Source: a virus
Lineage: Duplodnaviria > Caudoviricetes
Length of the DNA stretch: 64,000 nucleotides
Virus record (IMG/VR): IMGVR_UViG_3300010365_001248
Location: 32,001-96,000 of that record
Reading direction: 5' to 3' (one strand)
In this document: one piece after another, positions 1 through 11,377 of the stretch
How the letters are laid out: each line of letters starts with the position of its first letter
How positions within the stretch are numbered: the stretch's first letter is position 1
Made by a program: the position numbers and the translations under genes
Notes under the pieces: model-generated
Database searches by the model: none
What the model saw: the letters and a program-made list of their open reading frames with translations, nothing else
What the model was told of the DNA's origin: nothing

Positions 1-83
1 GAAATGCGTACAGAGTACGAGGATTATTATATAATTCTTTTTATAAAAATCAACTTTACTTTGTACATAATGATTATCAAAAA

Positions 84-512
84 ATGAGTGAACAATTAGG
101 ATCAGGAGAAATAGTATCTAAAGGAGATTTTTATATAATTCCTAAAGAATTATTACATAATAATGATAATTTTCGTTTAGAAACAGAAGTATTATATTTA
201 AACTCTAAAGAAAATCCAGATTTAACTTTAGATATTATTTTAAAAATAATTCCCTATTTACAGGCTCCAGATGTTGGAACAAATATAGTAGGGTATTTAA
301 TGTTAAAATCTTATAACTGGATAGAATATCCTAATGTAATTTATACTTTATTACAGCAGTTTCCTAATTATTTGGGAGATTTGATGGCTTCTCCTCAAAT
401 AGGAGATATGCTTTGTTTTGTAATAAGTGATAAATATACAAAAAGTTCTTATGCAAAAGAAAAACAATTATTAAGTGATTTATTAAAGTATTTACAAAAA
501 TTTAAAAGATGA
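84..512 (+). CDS. hypothetical protein
   Basis: 142 aa ORF; its TGA overlaps the ATG of the next gene (ATGA at 509-512). Confidence 0.7.
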   Translation: MSEQLGSGEIVSKGDFYIIPKELLHNNDNFRLETEVLYLNSKENPDLTLDIILKIIPYLQAPDVGTNIVGYLMLKSYNWIEYPNVIYTLLQQFPNYLGDLMASPQIGDMLCFVISDKYTKSSYAKEKQLLSDLLKYLQKFKR

Positions 513-2528
513 ATCTAGAACAAGTAAAATCCATAACAAATAGAATTATGGATGTAAATCGAAAGTTAGCAGATTTAGGTGAACCAAAAATTCCTATTAA
601 TTTTATAGGTATGGCAGGTGTGGGTAAATGTGATTTGCCGTCTTATTGAGTAATTAATAAGATTATCATTGGGCAAAAACGGTGAAGACTGTGATGTTAA
701 TACCGTGGTAAGTTTTTTCATTACGAAAGGGAAAAAACCACCGTAACGCGTAGAAGGTGAATAAATATAATCCTTCCAAGAGTGTCCGACTCCTAATTTT
801 TAGGATGAATATGTACGCTGAGCTATAGAGAAAAAGAATCTATAGAAGTATAGATAAAAAGCTATACGATAACAAAACTGAAAACGAGCAGCCTAATGCA
901 AGTAGCTGAAGAAAGAGGTTGTCATATTGAAACAGTTGTCTTGTCGCAGCTTGAAGAGGTAGGTGATGAACTATAAATGTCACCTAAATTAAAAACTCTG
1001 TGAATCTGGGAAAATCATCGTTATTATATGACAACCCTAATCCAAGCCTTATAGAAATATATTGAAGGATCAACGACTAGAATTAGTAGCCTCAGCAAGT
1101 GGTGTTGGAGGTAAACATTCCACGAGTGCAGAGAATTTTCCTATATATACCAATATTTAGTGGAAAATTAAGAGATAGTCTGAACTATATATAATACATA
1201 AATTATAGAATTAAAGGATAAAGAGCCTTTAAGATAACACAATTGATTACAGGAATGCCAGTTAAATTTTATAAACTTATTGATCCTCAAGGACAAGAAG
1301 TTGAAATGGCAGAAAGTGTTGTTCCTACACTTTTAAATTCAGGATATACTATTTGTCCTAATTGCGAACCAGTTACTTCTTTTGCAAAACCAGCTTGGGT
1401 GCCAGAAGATCGAGATCAAGAGTTTATTTTACTACTTGATGATTTTACCCGTAAAAATTAATTATTAAAATTTAGGAAGCTGCGGGTGTAAAACTCTGTG
1501 AATCTGGGAAACCCTTTATAATAAAATAAAGGCAACCCTAATCCAAGCTTTGTAGAAATACACTGAAGGATCAACGACTAGATTTAGTAATCTGACCAGG
1601 TGGTGCTGAAGATGAAAAATCCACGAGTGCAGAGCAATTATTTAAACATACCAATGTTAAACGATAATTGGTGAGATAGTCTGAACAATACATATATCTA
1701 AAAGTATTGAATTAAAGGATAAAGAGCCTTTAAGATAACAATTTGTGCAATAAAACATTCCTTCAAGCAATTATGCAATTGTTGCAATTTGGTAGTTATG
1801 GTACTTGGAGATTGCCTAAATATACTACAATTCTACTTTCTTCTAATCCAGAAGATGGTATGTACGATGTAACTGAAATTGATCCAGCTTTAAGATCTAG
1901 AATGATGAATTTTGTTGTAGATTTTGATATTAAGTTATGGGCTAAATGGGCTGAATCTAAAAATAAAAATGGTCAACTAATTAATTTTGCTCTTTGGAAT
2001 CAAAAAATGTTCCAAACAGCTAATCATTCTATTAATGCTAGAAACTATTCTATGTTTATAGATGCATTGATGGGAATTAAATTGGACACTAAAAATATGC
2101 CTGAAATTATATTAATGGCACAAGGAATTTTTGGTGAAGAACTTTCTATTGCAGAAGATCTTAGAATGTTTATAGATCAGCAACTAGATAAATTGCCAAC
2201 TCCTAACGATGTCATTACTAAATCTTGGGATGAATTGGAACCAATGCTAACAGATATTCTTTATAAAAATGAAGGTTATCGTTCAGATATTGGTTTCCTA
2301 TTAACCGTTCGTTTTTCTAATTATCTTGAAGAATATTTCAAGAATAACAAAGAAAAGAAAAAAGGTGAAAAAATTGAAAAAAGATTAGTTGAGTTGTTAA
2401 CTGCTAAAAAACCTTTATTGCAAGAAAATGGTTTATTGGAAATTGTTAAAACTCTAATAACTAAGTTTGCAGCAAAATGTCCAACTTTAGTAGCAAATCC
2501 AATTATTGCTTCAAAATTATTAAATTAA
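509..2528 (+). CDS. MoxR-like AAA+ ATPase, split by 3 group I introns (exons 509-625, 881-967, 1246-1452, 1746-2528; about 397 aa)
   Basis: The spliced product restores Walker A GMAGVG|KT, LSQLEEVGD|ITGMP, Walker B LLLDDFTR|C, sensor SSNP and Arg finger DPALRSR. Confidence 0.88.
626..880 (+). mobile_element. group I intron (255 nt), variant P7 GCGTA/TACGC
   Basis: 5' exon ends GGT; P1 ggt|aaat pairs with atttgcc; 3' end GATAACAAAACTG; removal restores Walker A. Confidence 0.88.
968..1245 (+). mobile_element. group I intron (278 nt), canonical P7 GACTA/TAGTC
   Basis: P1 aggtgat pairs with gtcacct; R element TCAACGACTA; S element AGATAGTCT; terminal G; frame restored. Confidence 0.9.
1453..1745 (+). 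mobile_element. group I intron (293 nt), close paralogue of 968-1245
   Basis: P1 acccgt pairs with gcgggt; TCAACGACTA and AGATAGTCT; long identical blocks with the previous intron. Confidence 0.9.
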
Positions 2529-2530
2529 TT

Positions 2531-2869
2531 ATGAAACAATTAATTGAATTTATTAAAAACTTTTTTAGTACACCTGAAATTAAAGCTGATTATATTTTTC
2601 AAGTAGCTTTACACGGTGAACAATATATTGAGCTAGATGAAAATACTCGTATTAGAAAGTGTATTAAAAAAGCAATTGATTGGTCTTATAAAAAATCTTT
2701 ATGTGGAGAATGTCAATGTCTTGCAAAAATAGATCAAGATTTAATATCTAAAAAAGATATTATTATTGATATTCTTCAAAAAGATTACCATTTTGTAGTA
2801 AAAGATTTATCTGTATTAAATCCAAAATACAGTCATCTACTACTTTTAGATGTAGACCCATCTGAATAA
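2531..2869 (+). CDS. hypothetical protein
   Basis: ORF 2477..2869; more likely start is the ATG at 2531, just after the previous stop. Confidence 0.6.
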   Translation: MKQLIEFIKNFFSTPEIKADYIFQVALHGEQYIELDENTRIRKCIKKAIDWSYKKSLCGECQCLAKIDQDLISKKDIIIDILQKDYHFVVKDLSVLNPKYSHLLLLDVDPSE

Positions 2870-2946
2870 TATGGTTTATTTAATTATTTATATTTGTTTA
2901 ATTTTTGGTTTGCTTATTTATTTTAAGCAAACCGCTTTAATTTTTA

Positions 2947-3369
2947 ATGAAAACAATGAAAAATTCTAAAAAAATTATTATCTTTAAGCATTCTTCTTTA
3001 ACTGATTTTACAGGTGTTACACGTTATTTTTGTATTTGTGCTAGAGTACAATATGTATTTAAAGGTATTTCAACTATCACTTTTGGTTATTCTATTTGTA
3101 CTCCACCTGATGAATATAATCAGGAAACAGCAGAGAAAATTGCAAGAAAGAAAGTAGAATTTTCAAATAGACTAATTGCTTTTCCAGGTAAAATGATTAA
3201 TGATTCTGTATTAGAACAGATTCTAACTAATGAAATTGATTTCGTTAAAACTCATACCGGAGTTATTTTTAAAACTTATGCTACTGATGAACTTAAATAT
3301 ATTAAGTTACAGAAAGATATAAAAGGAGTTAAAAATGCAATTAATGAACTCAACACCACTAAAGGATAA
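2947..3369 (+). CDS. hypothetical phage protein
   Basis: 140 aa ORF in an operon; has a G.S.C.P.D.Y....A..IA pattern common in small phage proteins. Confidence 0.65.
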   Translation: MKTMKNSKKIIIFKHSSLTDFTGVTRYFCICARVQYVFKGISTITFGYSICTPPDEYNQETAEKIARKKVEFSNRLIAFPGKMINDSVLEQILTNEIDFVKTHTGVIFKTYATDELKYIKLQKDIKGVKNAINELNTTKG

Positions 3370-3517
3370 AAATAATATTATTTATAAATACCCCGAAAGA
3401 ACTTGTAAAAATTGTAAAAAATATCCTTGTTTTAAAGGATTTGATTTTATCAATTTAGATTTTGCTAAATATGGTTGTTTAAATTATGAAGCAGGATCTA
3501 AAAGAGTTTACAATTAA
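3335..3517 (+). CDS. small Cys-rich hypothetical protein (CxxC...C...C)
   Basis: YPERTCKNCKKYPCF...GC; overlaps both neighbours. Confidence 0.55.
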   Translation: MQLMNSTPLKDKNNIIYKYPERTCKNCKKYPCFKGFDFINLDFAKYGCLNYEAGSKRVYN

Positions 3518-3821
3518 AGCTAAATTATTAGCAGAAAAGAAAGATCTTTTTGGTTATACTCTTTATGTATTTCAAAATCTTGAAAATTATAATATTCATG
3601 AGAAATACATAACTCTCGTTAGATTTCCAAATTGGGAACAAAGCCCTTTTAATATAAATGAAGAGGGCTTTGTTCATTTTAAAATAGTAGAAGCTGGACA
3701 AGATGAATGGTATGATCCTAATTCTAAAAGATTTTATTATTATAATTATACTAATATGATTTTTTTACAGTTTATACCTTTAAAACCAACTACTGGAGAT
3801 CAGATATATATTTTAGATTAA
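3486..3821 (+). CDS. hypothetical protein
   Basis: 111 aa ORF in operon. Confidence 0.7.
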   Translation: MKQDLKEFTIKAKLLAEKKDLFGYTLYVFQNLENYNIHEKYITLVRFPNWEQSPFNINEEGFVHFKIVEAGQDEWYDPNSKRFYYYNYTNMIFLQFIPLKPTTGDQIYILD

Positions 3822-3831
3822 TATAATAAAT

Positions 3832-4686
3832 ATGACAGCAATTGCAGAAGCATTTAAAAAAGCTAATGAATCCAATTTAAACAAGTATGAATGGAGAACC
3901 TCTAAAGATGAGAATGGTGTATATAAAACTTATAAATTAATGGAATGTTCTTTTGAACAACTTCATAGTTTTTATAAACATTGTCAATCTATGCTAGAAA
4001 ATGAGGAATCTACACACTTAGGAAGAAGTGTTATTATGAATATGATTACTTCTCAAATTTCTAAAAGTTATGCTGAACTTGTAGTTAGAATGATGGTTGG
4101 AGTAGGTAAATCTTATAATACTCGATTGGAATTATATCAAGCTTTAAAACATTTTATAGAATTAAATCCTAATGTATTTGTTGATGCTGAAAGTAAAAAG
4201 AATTTTAGTATAGTAAATGCAATTTCTGGACTTGATTCTAAATTCACATCTGCTAATTTAGAAGATGTTATGAATGCTTGCCTATCTTCTTTAGGAAAAA
4301 TTCAATTAACTAAAATTTCTTTAAATTTTATTCTTTCTTTGGGAATTAATTTAAATAAAGAATCTCAAAAAGTAGTAGAATCTTGGATACGAACTAATAT
4401 TAATCTCCCTAAAGACACTAAACTAAAATTTAAAACAAATGGAATTACTAAAGAAGAACTCTATGATATTATCAAAATGAAAAGTGATTCTACTAATTTT
4501 GGTAAGTTTGTATTTGCTAAAGATTACAATGATTTATCATCAAGTCAACTTAATCTTTTAGTAACTAAATTATTACCAGCTCTTTATAATAAATGTGGTT
4601 ATCAGAAATTTCTTTGGGCAAAAAAGATGCAAGAAATTCAAGATGTCGGTTTAGCTAAGGGTTGGAATGTTGCAAATGAAATTTAA
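3832..4686 (+). CDS. hypothetical protein
   Basis: 284 aa ORF; TAATG overlap with the helicase start. Confidence 0.75.
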   Translation: MTAIAEAFKKANESNLNKYEWRTSKDENGVYKTYKLMECSFEQLHSFYKHCQSMLENEESTHLGRSVIMNMITSQISKSYAELVVRMMVGVGKSYNTRLELYQALKHFIELNPNVFVDAESKKNFSIVNAISGLDSKFTSANLEDVMNACLSSLGKIQLTKISLNFILSLGINLNKESQKVVESWIRTNINLPKDTKLKFKTNGITKEELYDIIKMKSDSTNFGKFVFAKDYNDLSSSQLNLLVTKLLPALYNKCGYQKFLWAKKMQEIQDVGLAKGWNVANEI

Positions 4687-6475
4687 TGACTAGGGATGAA
4701 CGTCAACAACTCGTAATTAAACACTGGATTGCTACAAAAGGAAAAGGAACTTGTGAACTTCCTACTGGGTTGTATTATTTTAAATATATGAAAAAATTTA
4801 TTGATTATAAAAATATAGTAATGAATATTCTAAAGAAAATGGATTAAATTTAATAAAATATCTTTATAATAATAGTTCTATCTACTTAGAAAGAAAATAT
4901 AATTTATTTAAATTTTTTCAAAAAGGCAGCCGTTCTGTAAAGGAATTTACAGAATTATTATCGGGCAATATCGGGGGAAAGCCTATATAGGAAAATCCCG
5001 AGATAAATTTAGAAATTAAAAAATCTAAATCATTGTACAGCGTAGAAGGTGAAACTTATGAAAAATAAATGTAAATATCAAATAAAATTAAAAGACTTTC
5101 CTTATTATTGTTGTAATGCACAAAAGTATTGTCCAGCAATAATATGTCCTTTAAATTATAAAGATTGTGAAGTTTATAAGAATATAATCCTTCCAAGAGT
5201 GTCCGATATCCCAACTGAAATAAGTGGATAAACAGGTACGCGGAGCTTATAAGTAATTATAAGAAGTATGGGATAAAAAGCCCATGCGGTAACAAAACTG
5301 TTGGTAAAACTAGAGTAGCTTTAAAAATAATTGCTTTATTACAAGCAAAAAAGCCTCTAATTTCAATTAAAATACTTGTTCCGACTAATACATTAAAACT
5401 TCAATGGGAAAAAGAAATAGAGGCTTTTAAATTAAAAAAAGATACTATTTCTGTTGAAGTTATGATGGGTTCTTCCCAAAAGCAATCTGAATGTGATTTA
5501 TTAATTTTAGATGAATGTCATCGTTGTCTTTCAGAACATTTATACGCAGCTTTTACTAATATTAAATTTAGATTTGTATTAGGATTAACTGCAACGCTTG
5601 AACGTCTAGATGGTAGACATTTATTAATAGATCAATATGCTCCAATTTGTGATAGTGTTACTATTCAAGAAGCCCTACAAGAAGGGTGGCTTGCTCCATA
5701 TAAAGAATATCTTGTATTAATTGATGTAGATGATATTCAAGTATTTAAAGATTTAAATAAACAATTTACTTCAGTATTTGAATTTTTTAATATGGATTTT
5801 AATTTAGCTATGTCATGTGTAGGTAAAAAAGGTTATTATAATCGTATAAAATTAAGAGATGAAATGCTGCCAAATAATGCTACTCAAAAACAAAAATCAG
5901 ATACTCTTAAACTGATTCAATTAAAAGTAGCTCAATTTATGAGAATTCTTCAAAAAAGAAAATCATTTATAGCAAATCATCCTAAAAAGATTGAAATAGC
6001 TAAACGAATAATAGCAGCACGTTCTAATAAAAAAATTATTACTTTTTGTAAAACAGTTAAAATGGCTGAAGCTATATCAGATAAATATGTTTATACAGGA
6101 GATAAAAGTGTCAAAAAGAATAAACAAATTTTAGAGGAATTTAATAAACAAACTTCTGGAGTATTATCTACAAGTAAAATGGCTCAAGAGGGGCTTGATT
6201 GTCCTGATTTATCTGTAGGTATTTGTTTAGATGTAGATTCAAGTAAAATTAAAGCTAAACAAATATTAGGAAGGGTAATTCGTAAATATAAAGACAAACA
6301 AGCTGAATTTTTTACTATAGTAATTAATAATTGTGTTGAAGTGCAATGGTGGCAAAAAAGTCACACAGGTGCTCCAAATACTATTAAAATTGATGAAGAA
6401 GGTTTAGATCAAGTTTTGAAAGGAGAAACTCCTAGAGAAATTAAAAATCTTCAAAATTATCAATTTAGATGGTGA
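4686..6475 (+). CDS. SF2 DNA helicase (DEAD/DEAH-like), split by 1 group I intron (exons 4686-4770, 5301-6475; about 419 aa)
   Basis: The spliced product gives Walker A PTGFGKT; also DECH, GLTAT, EGLDCP and QILGRVIR motifs. Confidence 0.9.
4771..5300 (+). mobile_element. group I intron (530 nt), variant P7, AT-rich L1 insert and internal Cys-rich ORF
   Basis: P1 ggt|tg pairs with cagcc near 4927; GCGTA/TACGC; 3' end GGTAACAAAACTG. Confidence 0.88.
5058..5231 (+). CDS. intron-embedded small Cys-rich ORF (57 aa from ATG 5058)
   Basis: MKNKCKYQ...YYCCNAQKYCPAIICPLNYKDCEVYK; six Cys, in a loop that is short in sibling introns. Confidence 0.45.
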   Translation: MKNKCKYQIKLKDFPYYCCNAQKYCPAIICPLNYKDCEVYKNIILPRVSDIPTEISG

Positions 6476-6538
6476 TTTGAAAAGTTTTAAATTAGTATTA
6501 TGTATTAAACCCTGAAAAGGGTAAAATGCATAAAAAGA

Positions 6539-7174
6539 ATGAAATTAATTCAATTCTTTTTATGTATGTTTATTAATTTAGAAACTGAACTCCTTTGCTA
6601 TAATCAATATAATCTATCTCCTAATGAATTGCTATTTCTTCGAATGTTACTTCTTTGTCAAACAGAAGATCCTGAAGAAAAGAAATATTTTATAACTTAT
6701 ATGCAATTACCTGAAAGTTGTAAAGGTAATATACGTGAAATGTTAGTTATCTTACAGGCTAAAGGTTATATTCTTAAAAATTATAAAATTCCTGAAAAAG
6801 GTCAACAATTTGATCCTGTAAATATTCCTTTTAATCAAAAAATGGTTAATAAACTTTATAAAGCTTCTTATCAAATGGGAAAAGAGCTTTATGATATTTA
6901 TCCATTGAGTTGTGTAGTAAATGAGTGTGAGTATAAATTAAAAAGAATTTCTAATAAATTTGATACTCTAGAAGATGCTTATCGTTATTATGGACAAGCA
7001 ATTCGTAATGATAATATGACTCATGAACAAATCATTAAATTAATTAAATGGGGTAAAGATAATGGGTATCAATTTACTACTTTAGGTGCATTTTTAGCAG
7101 ATCATGATTGGAATAATATATTGTCAATGCAAAAGGAAAGTATATTAAATAATTCTTATATGAAAATGGTGTAA
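6539..7174 (+). CDS. hypothetical protein upstream of DnaB (possible initiator/loader)
   Basis: 211 aa ORF (start may be 6566); function inferred only from position. Confidence 0.6.
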   Translation: MKLIQFFLCMFINLETELLCYNQYNLSPNELLFLRMLLLCQTEDPEEKKYFITYMQLPESCKGNIREMLVILQAKGYILKNYKIPEKGQQFDPVNIPFNQKMVNKLYKASYQMGKELYDIYPLSCVVNECEYKLKRISNKFDTLEDAYRYYGQAIRNDNMTHEQIIKLIKWGKDNGYQFTTLGAFLADHDWNNILSMQKESILNNSYMKMV

Positions 7175-7199
7175 TATGAGAATTTTTAATTAATTTTGT

Positions 7200-8904
7200 A
7201 TGATTTCTGATGAACTTTTAAAAGAAATAGATAGAGGTAGAGAGGGTTTAAATCAAGGTACTACAACTGGTCTAGATAAATTAGATGATTTAACTGGAGG
7301 AAATTTACCTAATAACTTTATTGTAATTTTAGCTCAAAGCGGAGTAGGTAGTGTCTTACATATAAAATGCCGTTCCTATAAAGGAATTTTAGGAATTATT
7401 ACAAACCAAAAACGGGGAACTAAGTAAGAAGAATCCCGTGGTAAATATAGAAATTAAAAAGTCTATATCACCGTAGAGCGTAGGAATTGAACCTATTAAT
7501 ATAGAATAAAATATTCCCAAGAGTGGTTTGCATCCCAACTGAAAGAAGTGGATGAATAGGTACGCCGAGCTGTATTGTAAAATACAGAAGTTAAGATAAA
7601 AAGCTTAACGATAACACAACTGAAATCTTCCTTAATGTTATATTCATATTTTTATAAAGCTTTAAGAACCCATGAAAATGATGATAACTATTTTTGTTAT
7701 TTGTTTAGTTTAGAAATGTCTGCTACAATGGTACTAGGTAAAGTAATTAGTACCTATCTTTATGAGGAATTTAATGTTAGACTTTCTATAAATGATATTT
7801 TTTCAAGAAAAAAAGATTATACTCTTTCTGACGAAAATTATAATTTAGTCCTTAAAGGTATTGAATGGATTAAAAAAATGGAATCTAAATTTATTATATT
7901 TGATAAATCTCTTAATGCAGAAATTCTTTATACTTTATTATTAAAAGAATTAGAAAAAAGAGGATCTTTTCAAGAAACTGAAAATAGAAAAATTTATATT
8001 CCAAATAATCCTAATTTACTTTTTAATGTAATAATAGATCATATTTCTTTAGTTATGCCTTCTAGAGGTAGAGATTTAAAAAGAGAAATAGATTTAATTA
8101 CAGCTTATTTAGTTACATTGAGAAATATGACTAAATTAAGTCCTATTATTGTACAACAAGTAAATAGAGAACAATCTACAATGGAGAGGCGTAAGCAAGG
8201 GTTGTCGGATAGGAGGGTCCCTTGGATTTTAAAAAACAAAAATCATTTTGTATCTTTAATTAAACCTTATATTATTCCATCCATGCTTTATAAAATTCAA
8301 TAAAAATGTCCGAATAAAATTCCGTTAAACGGAGAAACTCCTAACAAGGACAACTCCGTGCTAAATTTTGAAGAAATTCAAATAAATGCCTAAAGACTAG
8401 AGATGATGCTTAACAAGTAAAGTTGAAGCTATAAAATTCTCCACGAAAGCGGGACACTGTTTATAGTAATATTTGAGAAAATATGAAATAAATTAAAGAT
8501 ATAGTCTGATCTATATAGTAATATATAGAATTATAGGATAAAGAGCCTATAAGATAACAAAAATGGTACGCCAATCCGATGCAGCTGATTCTGCAGATCC
8601 TACAAAAGCAGCTGAAGTTGTTATAGCTGTATTTAGTCCTAAAAGAGAAAAATTAAATAACTATGTAGGTTATGATGTTTCTGTATTAGATGATAAATTA
8701 AGAGCTATTCAATTACTCAAAGGAAGATATGGTATTGCAGATGTTGCTATAGCTTGTTGTTTTTGGGGAGATATTAATTATTGGCGTGAATTGCCAAAAG
8801 CTGAACATATTCGAGATTATACTAATTATCTAGAACCAAATTTTATTCCTGAACCTATTGAAACTGAATCTATTAAAATTGATATAAATAATTTTACTTT
8901 ATGA
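7200..8904 (+). CDS. dnaB: DnaB-like replicative helicase, 2 group I introns (exons 7200-7349, 7623-8210, 8566-8904; about 358 aa)
   Basis: TTGLDKLDDLTGG, AQSGVG|KS, FSLEM, IIDHI, QQVNR and KGRYG motifs. Confidence 0.9.
7350..7622 (+). mobile_element. group I intron (273 nt), variant P7
   Basis: Follows GGT in Walker A; GCGTA/TACGC; ends ATAACACAACTG. Confidence 0.88.
8211..8565 (+). mobile_element. group I intron (355 nt), canonical P7
   Basis: P1 tcggat pairs with gtccga; GACTA and AAGATATAGTCT; ends ATAACAAAAATG. Confidence 0.87.
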
Positions 8905-9185
8905 CGAATTATGTAAAAGAATTTCAAGAAATTACTAAACAAATGTCTGAAACCTATGAACGAAAAAATACTGACTATGGAAATAGTTTTGCAGTTTCCG
9001 TTCAAAAATACGGTTTGATTGCAGCACTTACTCGTATAAGTGATAAATTTAACCGTATGGAAAATCTTATTTTAACTCGTAATCAACAAGTTAATGATGA
9101 ATCTCTTTCAGACACTTTGTTAGATCTAGCTACCTATTGTATTATGACTACAATAGAACTTAATCATTCTAATAATAAAAATTAA
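8901..9185 (+). CDS. DUF1599 / nucleotide-modification-associated (MazG-like) protein
   Basis: KNTDYGNSF...RISDKFNR...DESLSDTLLDLATY pattern. Confidence 0.8.
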   Translation: MTNYVKEFQEITKQMSETYERKNTDYGNSFAVSVQKYGLIAALTRISDKFNRMENLILTRNQQVNDESLSDTLLDLATYCIMTTIELNHSNNKN

Positions 9186-11357
9186 TGGCAATTACACTAC
9201 CTAAAACAAAACTTCCTGCACTTACTCAAGATCCTAAAAATCTAATTATTTTCGGTTTGCCTAAGGTTACCAGCCGTGCCTAAAAGGGATTTTAGGTATT
9301 ATAACTGAGTAAAAACGGTGGATGCTAAAAATTTTTCTTTTTACTATACAAAAAGTTGGAAAAAAATTATAAACTTGAATAGATTTTATTAAAAATAATT
9401 TATTTTAAGTTTATGAAAATTAATCGTTTTAAATATTCATTAAAAGATATAAAAATATTTGCAGATTATTATAAAAATAATCATACTTTATTAGAAACTG
9501 CAAAATATTTTAATATTAATTATAAAACTATGATAAATAGTTTTATTAGATTAGGGTATTATAAACCTACTAGAAAACAATTAAATAGAAAATATACTAT
9601 TTTGCATGAAGATTATTTTAGTAAAATAGATTCTCATGAAAAAGCTTATTTCTTAGGATTATTAATGTCTGATGGTTATATAGCTACAGATACTTATAGT
9701 AAAATTATGGGAATTACTTTACAATTGCAAGATGAATATATTTTAGAATATTTAAAACAAGCTATTAATCCAAATTCTAAATTACATTATTATAAAAATT
9801 CTGTTAAATTTAGAATTAATAGTACTAAAATATACAATGATTTAAAAACTTTAAATTTTTCTGAATCTAAATCAAATAAAGAATTTCATATACCAAATAT
9901 AAATAAAGAATTTTATAATTCTTTTATAGCTGGTTATTTTGATGGAGATGGATGTATTACTTTAAAAAAATCAGGTTACACAGTATGTTCTATTATATCT
10001 AATTCTAAATTAATATTAGAAGATATTCAAAAAATATTAACTGATAATAATATTTTAACAACTTTAAGAATAGATAGACCTGCTAAAAATAATAGACAAG
10101 CTTTGTATATTTTAGCTATTAATAGATTAAAAGAACAAAAAAAATTTGGAGAATTTATTTATAAAAATACTCCTATTTATTTAATTAGAAAGAAAGAAAA
10201 ATTCATGCAAATACCGTGCTAAATCTATAAATTGCGAAAGGTTATAGATCAGTGTAACGCATAGAGAGTGAATAAATATAATCTCTCCACGAGTACTCGG
10301 TATCTAGAACAGATAAAAATATATGCTGAACTATGAAGAAATTCATAGAAATACAGATAAAAAACTGTATGATAACAAAATTGTGGCAAAACAACTGCAC
10401 TTTCTACACTAGAAAATAATTTAATTATTGATACAGAAAATGGATCAGATTATGTAGAAGCTTTAAAAGTTAAAGCAACTAATATTAAAGAATTGCAAGA
10501 AATTTGTAAAGCAATTAAAGAAGCAGGAAATCCTTATAAATTTATTACAATTGATACTGTTACGGCAATTGAAGAAATGGCAAAACCATTGGCAATCAAA
10601 TATTATAGAGATTCTCCAATGTTTTCTGAAAAATATGCTCAAGTTACTGAACCTCAAGCACTTCCAAATGGAAGCGGGTGGCAATGGTGGCGACAAGCCA
10701 TTGAAAAATTGATAGATATGGTAGCTCAATGTACACCTAATTTAATTATTTGTGGACATGTTAAAGATACTAAACTTGATGAAAATACCTCAGGTTCTGT
10801 AAAAGATCTTGATTTGGCAGGTAAAAAATAGTAAAGTATTTTGCCGTCCTTAAGAGTGATCTTAAGGATCATGACGGGGCAATATCGGTGAAGGCTAAAA
10901 GTTGGATTAAAGATAATATAAATATTAAATTTAAAACAACTCATGTTAATACCGAGATAATTAATGATTTAAAAAGTCATTAACATCGTAACGCATAGAA
11001 AGTGAACCTATATTATAGAATATAATCTTTCCACGAGTGTCCTGCTCTAAATGAAAATTTAGATGAAAATATATGCTGAACTTATAAGAAATTATAAGAA
11101 CTATGAGATAAAAAACTTATAGGGTAACAAAATTGAAAACTAAAAGAGTTCTTTCAGCTAAATCAGACGCTATCGCTTTTTGTTTCAGAGACGATGATGG
11201 AAATTTGTGTTTACAATTTGGTAGTAATGGTGAAATTTTAACAGGAGCTCGTCCTGCTCATCTTGCTGGTAAAACTATTGTAGTTGCTGAAAAGAATGAA
11301 GATGGTACATTTATTTCTCATTGGGAACGTATTTATCCATCTTTGAATGAGAAATGA
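9185..11357 (+). CDS. AAA_24 / Sak4-like ATPase, 2 group I introns (exons 9185-9267, 10384-10822, 11136-11357; about 247 aa)
   Basis: The spliced product gives FGLPKVGKTT, IDTENG, TIDTVT, GHVKD and DLAG|KTK. Confidence 0.88.
9268..10383 (+). mobile_element. group I intron (1116 nt) encoding a LAGLIDADG homing endonuclease
   Basis: P1 ggt|t pairs with agcc; P7 GCATA/TATGC; ends GATAACAAAATTG; contains the endonuclease ORF. Confidence 0.9.
9413..10222 (+). CDS. LAGLIDADG homing endonuclease (two-motif)
   Basis: AYFLGLLMSDG and FIAGYFDGDG motifs; C-terminal LIRKK. Confidence 0.92.
   Translation: MKINRFKYSLKDIKIFADYYKNNHTLLETAKYFNINYKTMINSFIRLGYYKPTRKQLNRKYTILHEDYFSKIDSHEKAYFLGLLMSDGYIATDTYSKIMGITLQLQDEYILEYLKQAINPNSKLHYYKNSVKFRINSTKIYNDLKTLNFSESKSNKEFHIPNINKEFYNSFIAGYFDGDGCITLKKSGYTVCSIISNSKLILEDIQKILTDNNILTTLRIDRPAKNNRQALYILAINRLKEQKKFGEFIYKNTPIYLIRKKEKFMQIPC
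10823..11135 (+). mobile_element. group I intron (313 nt), variant P7
   Basis: ggt|aaaa pairs with ttttgcc; GCATA/TATGC; ends GTAACAAAATTG. Confidence 0.88.
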
Positions 11358-11377
11358 TAATTTTTAATTTAAATTAA

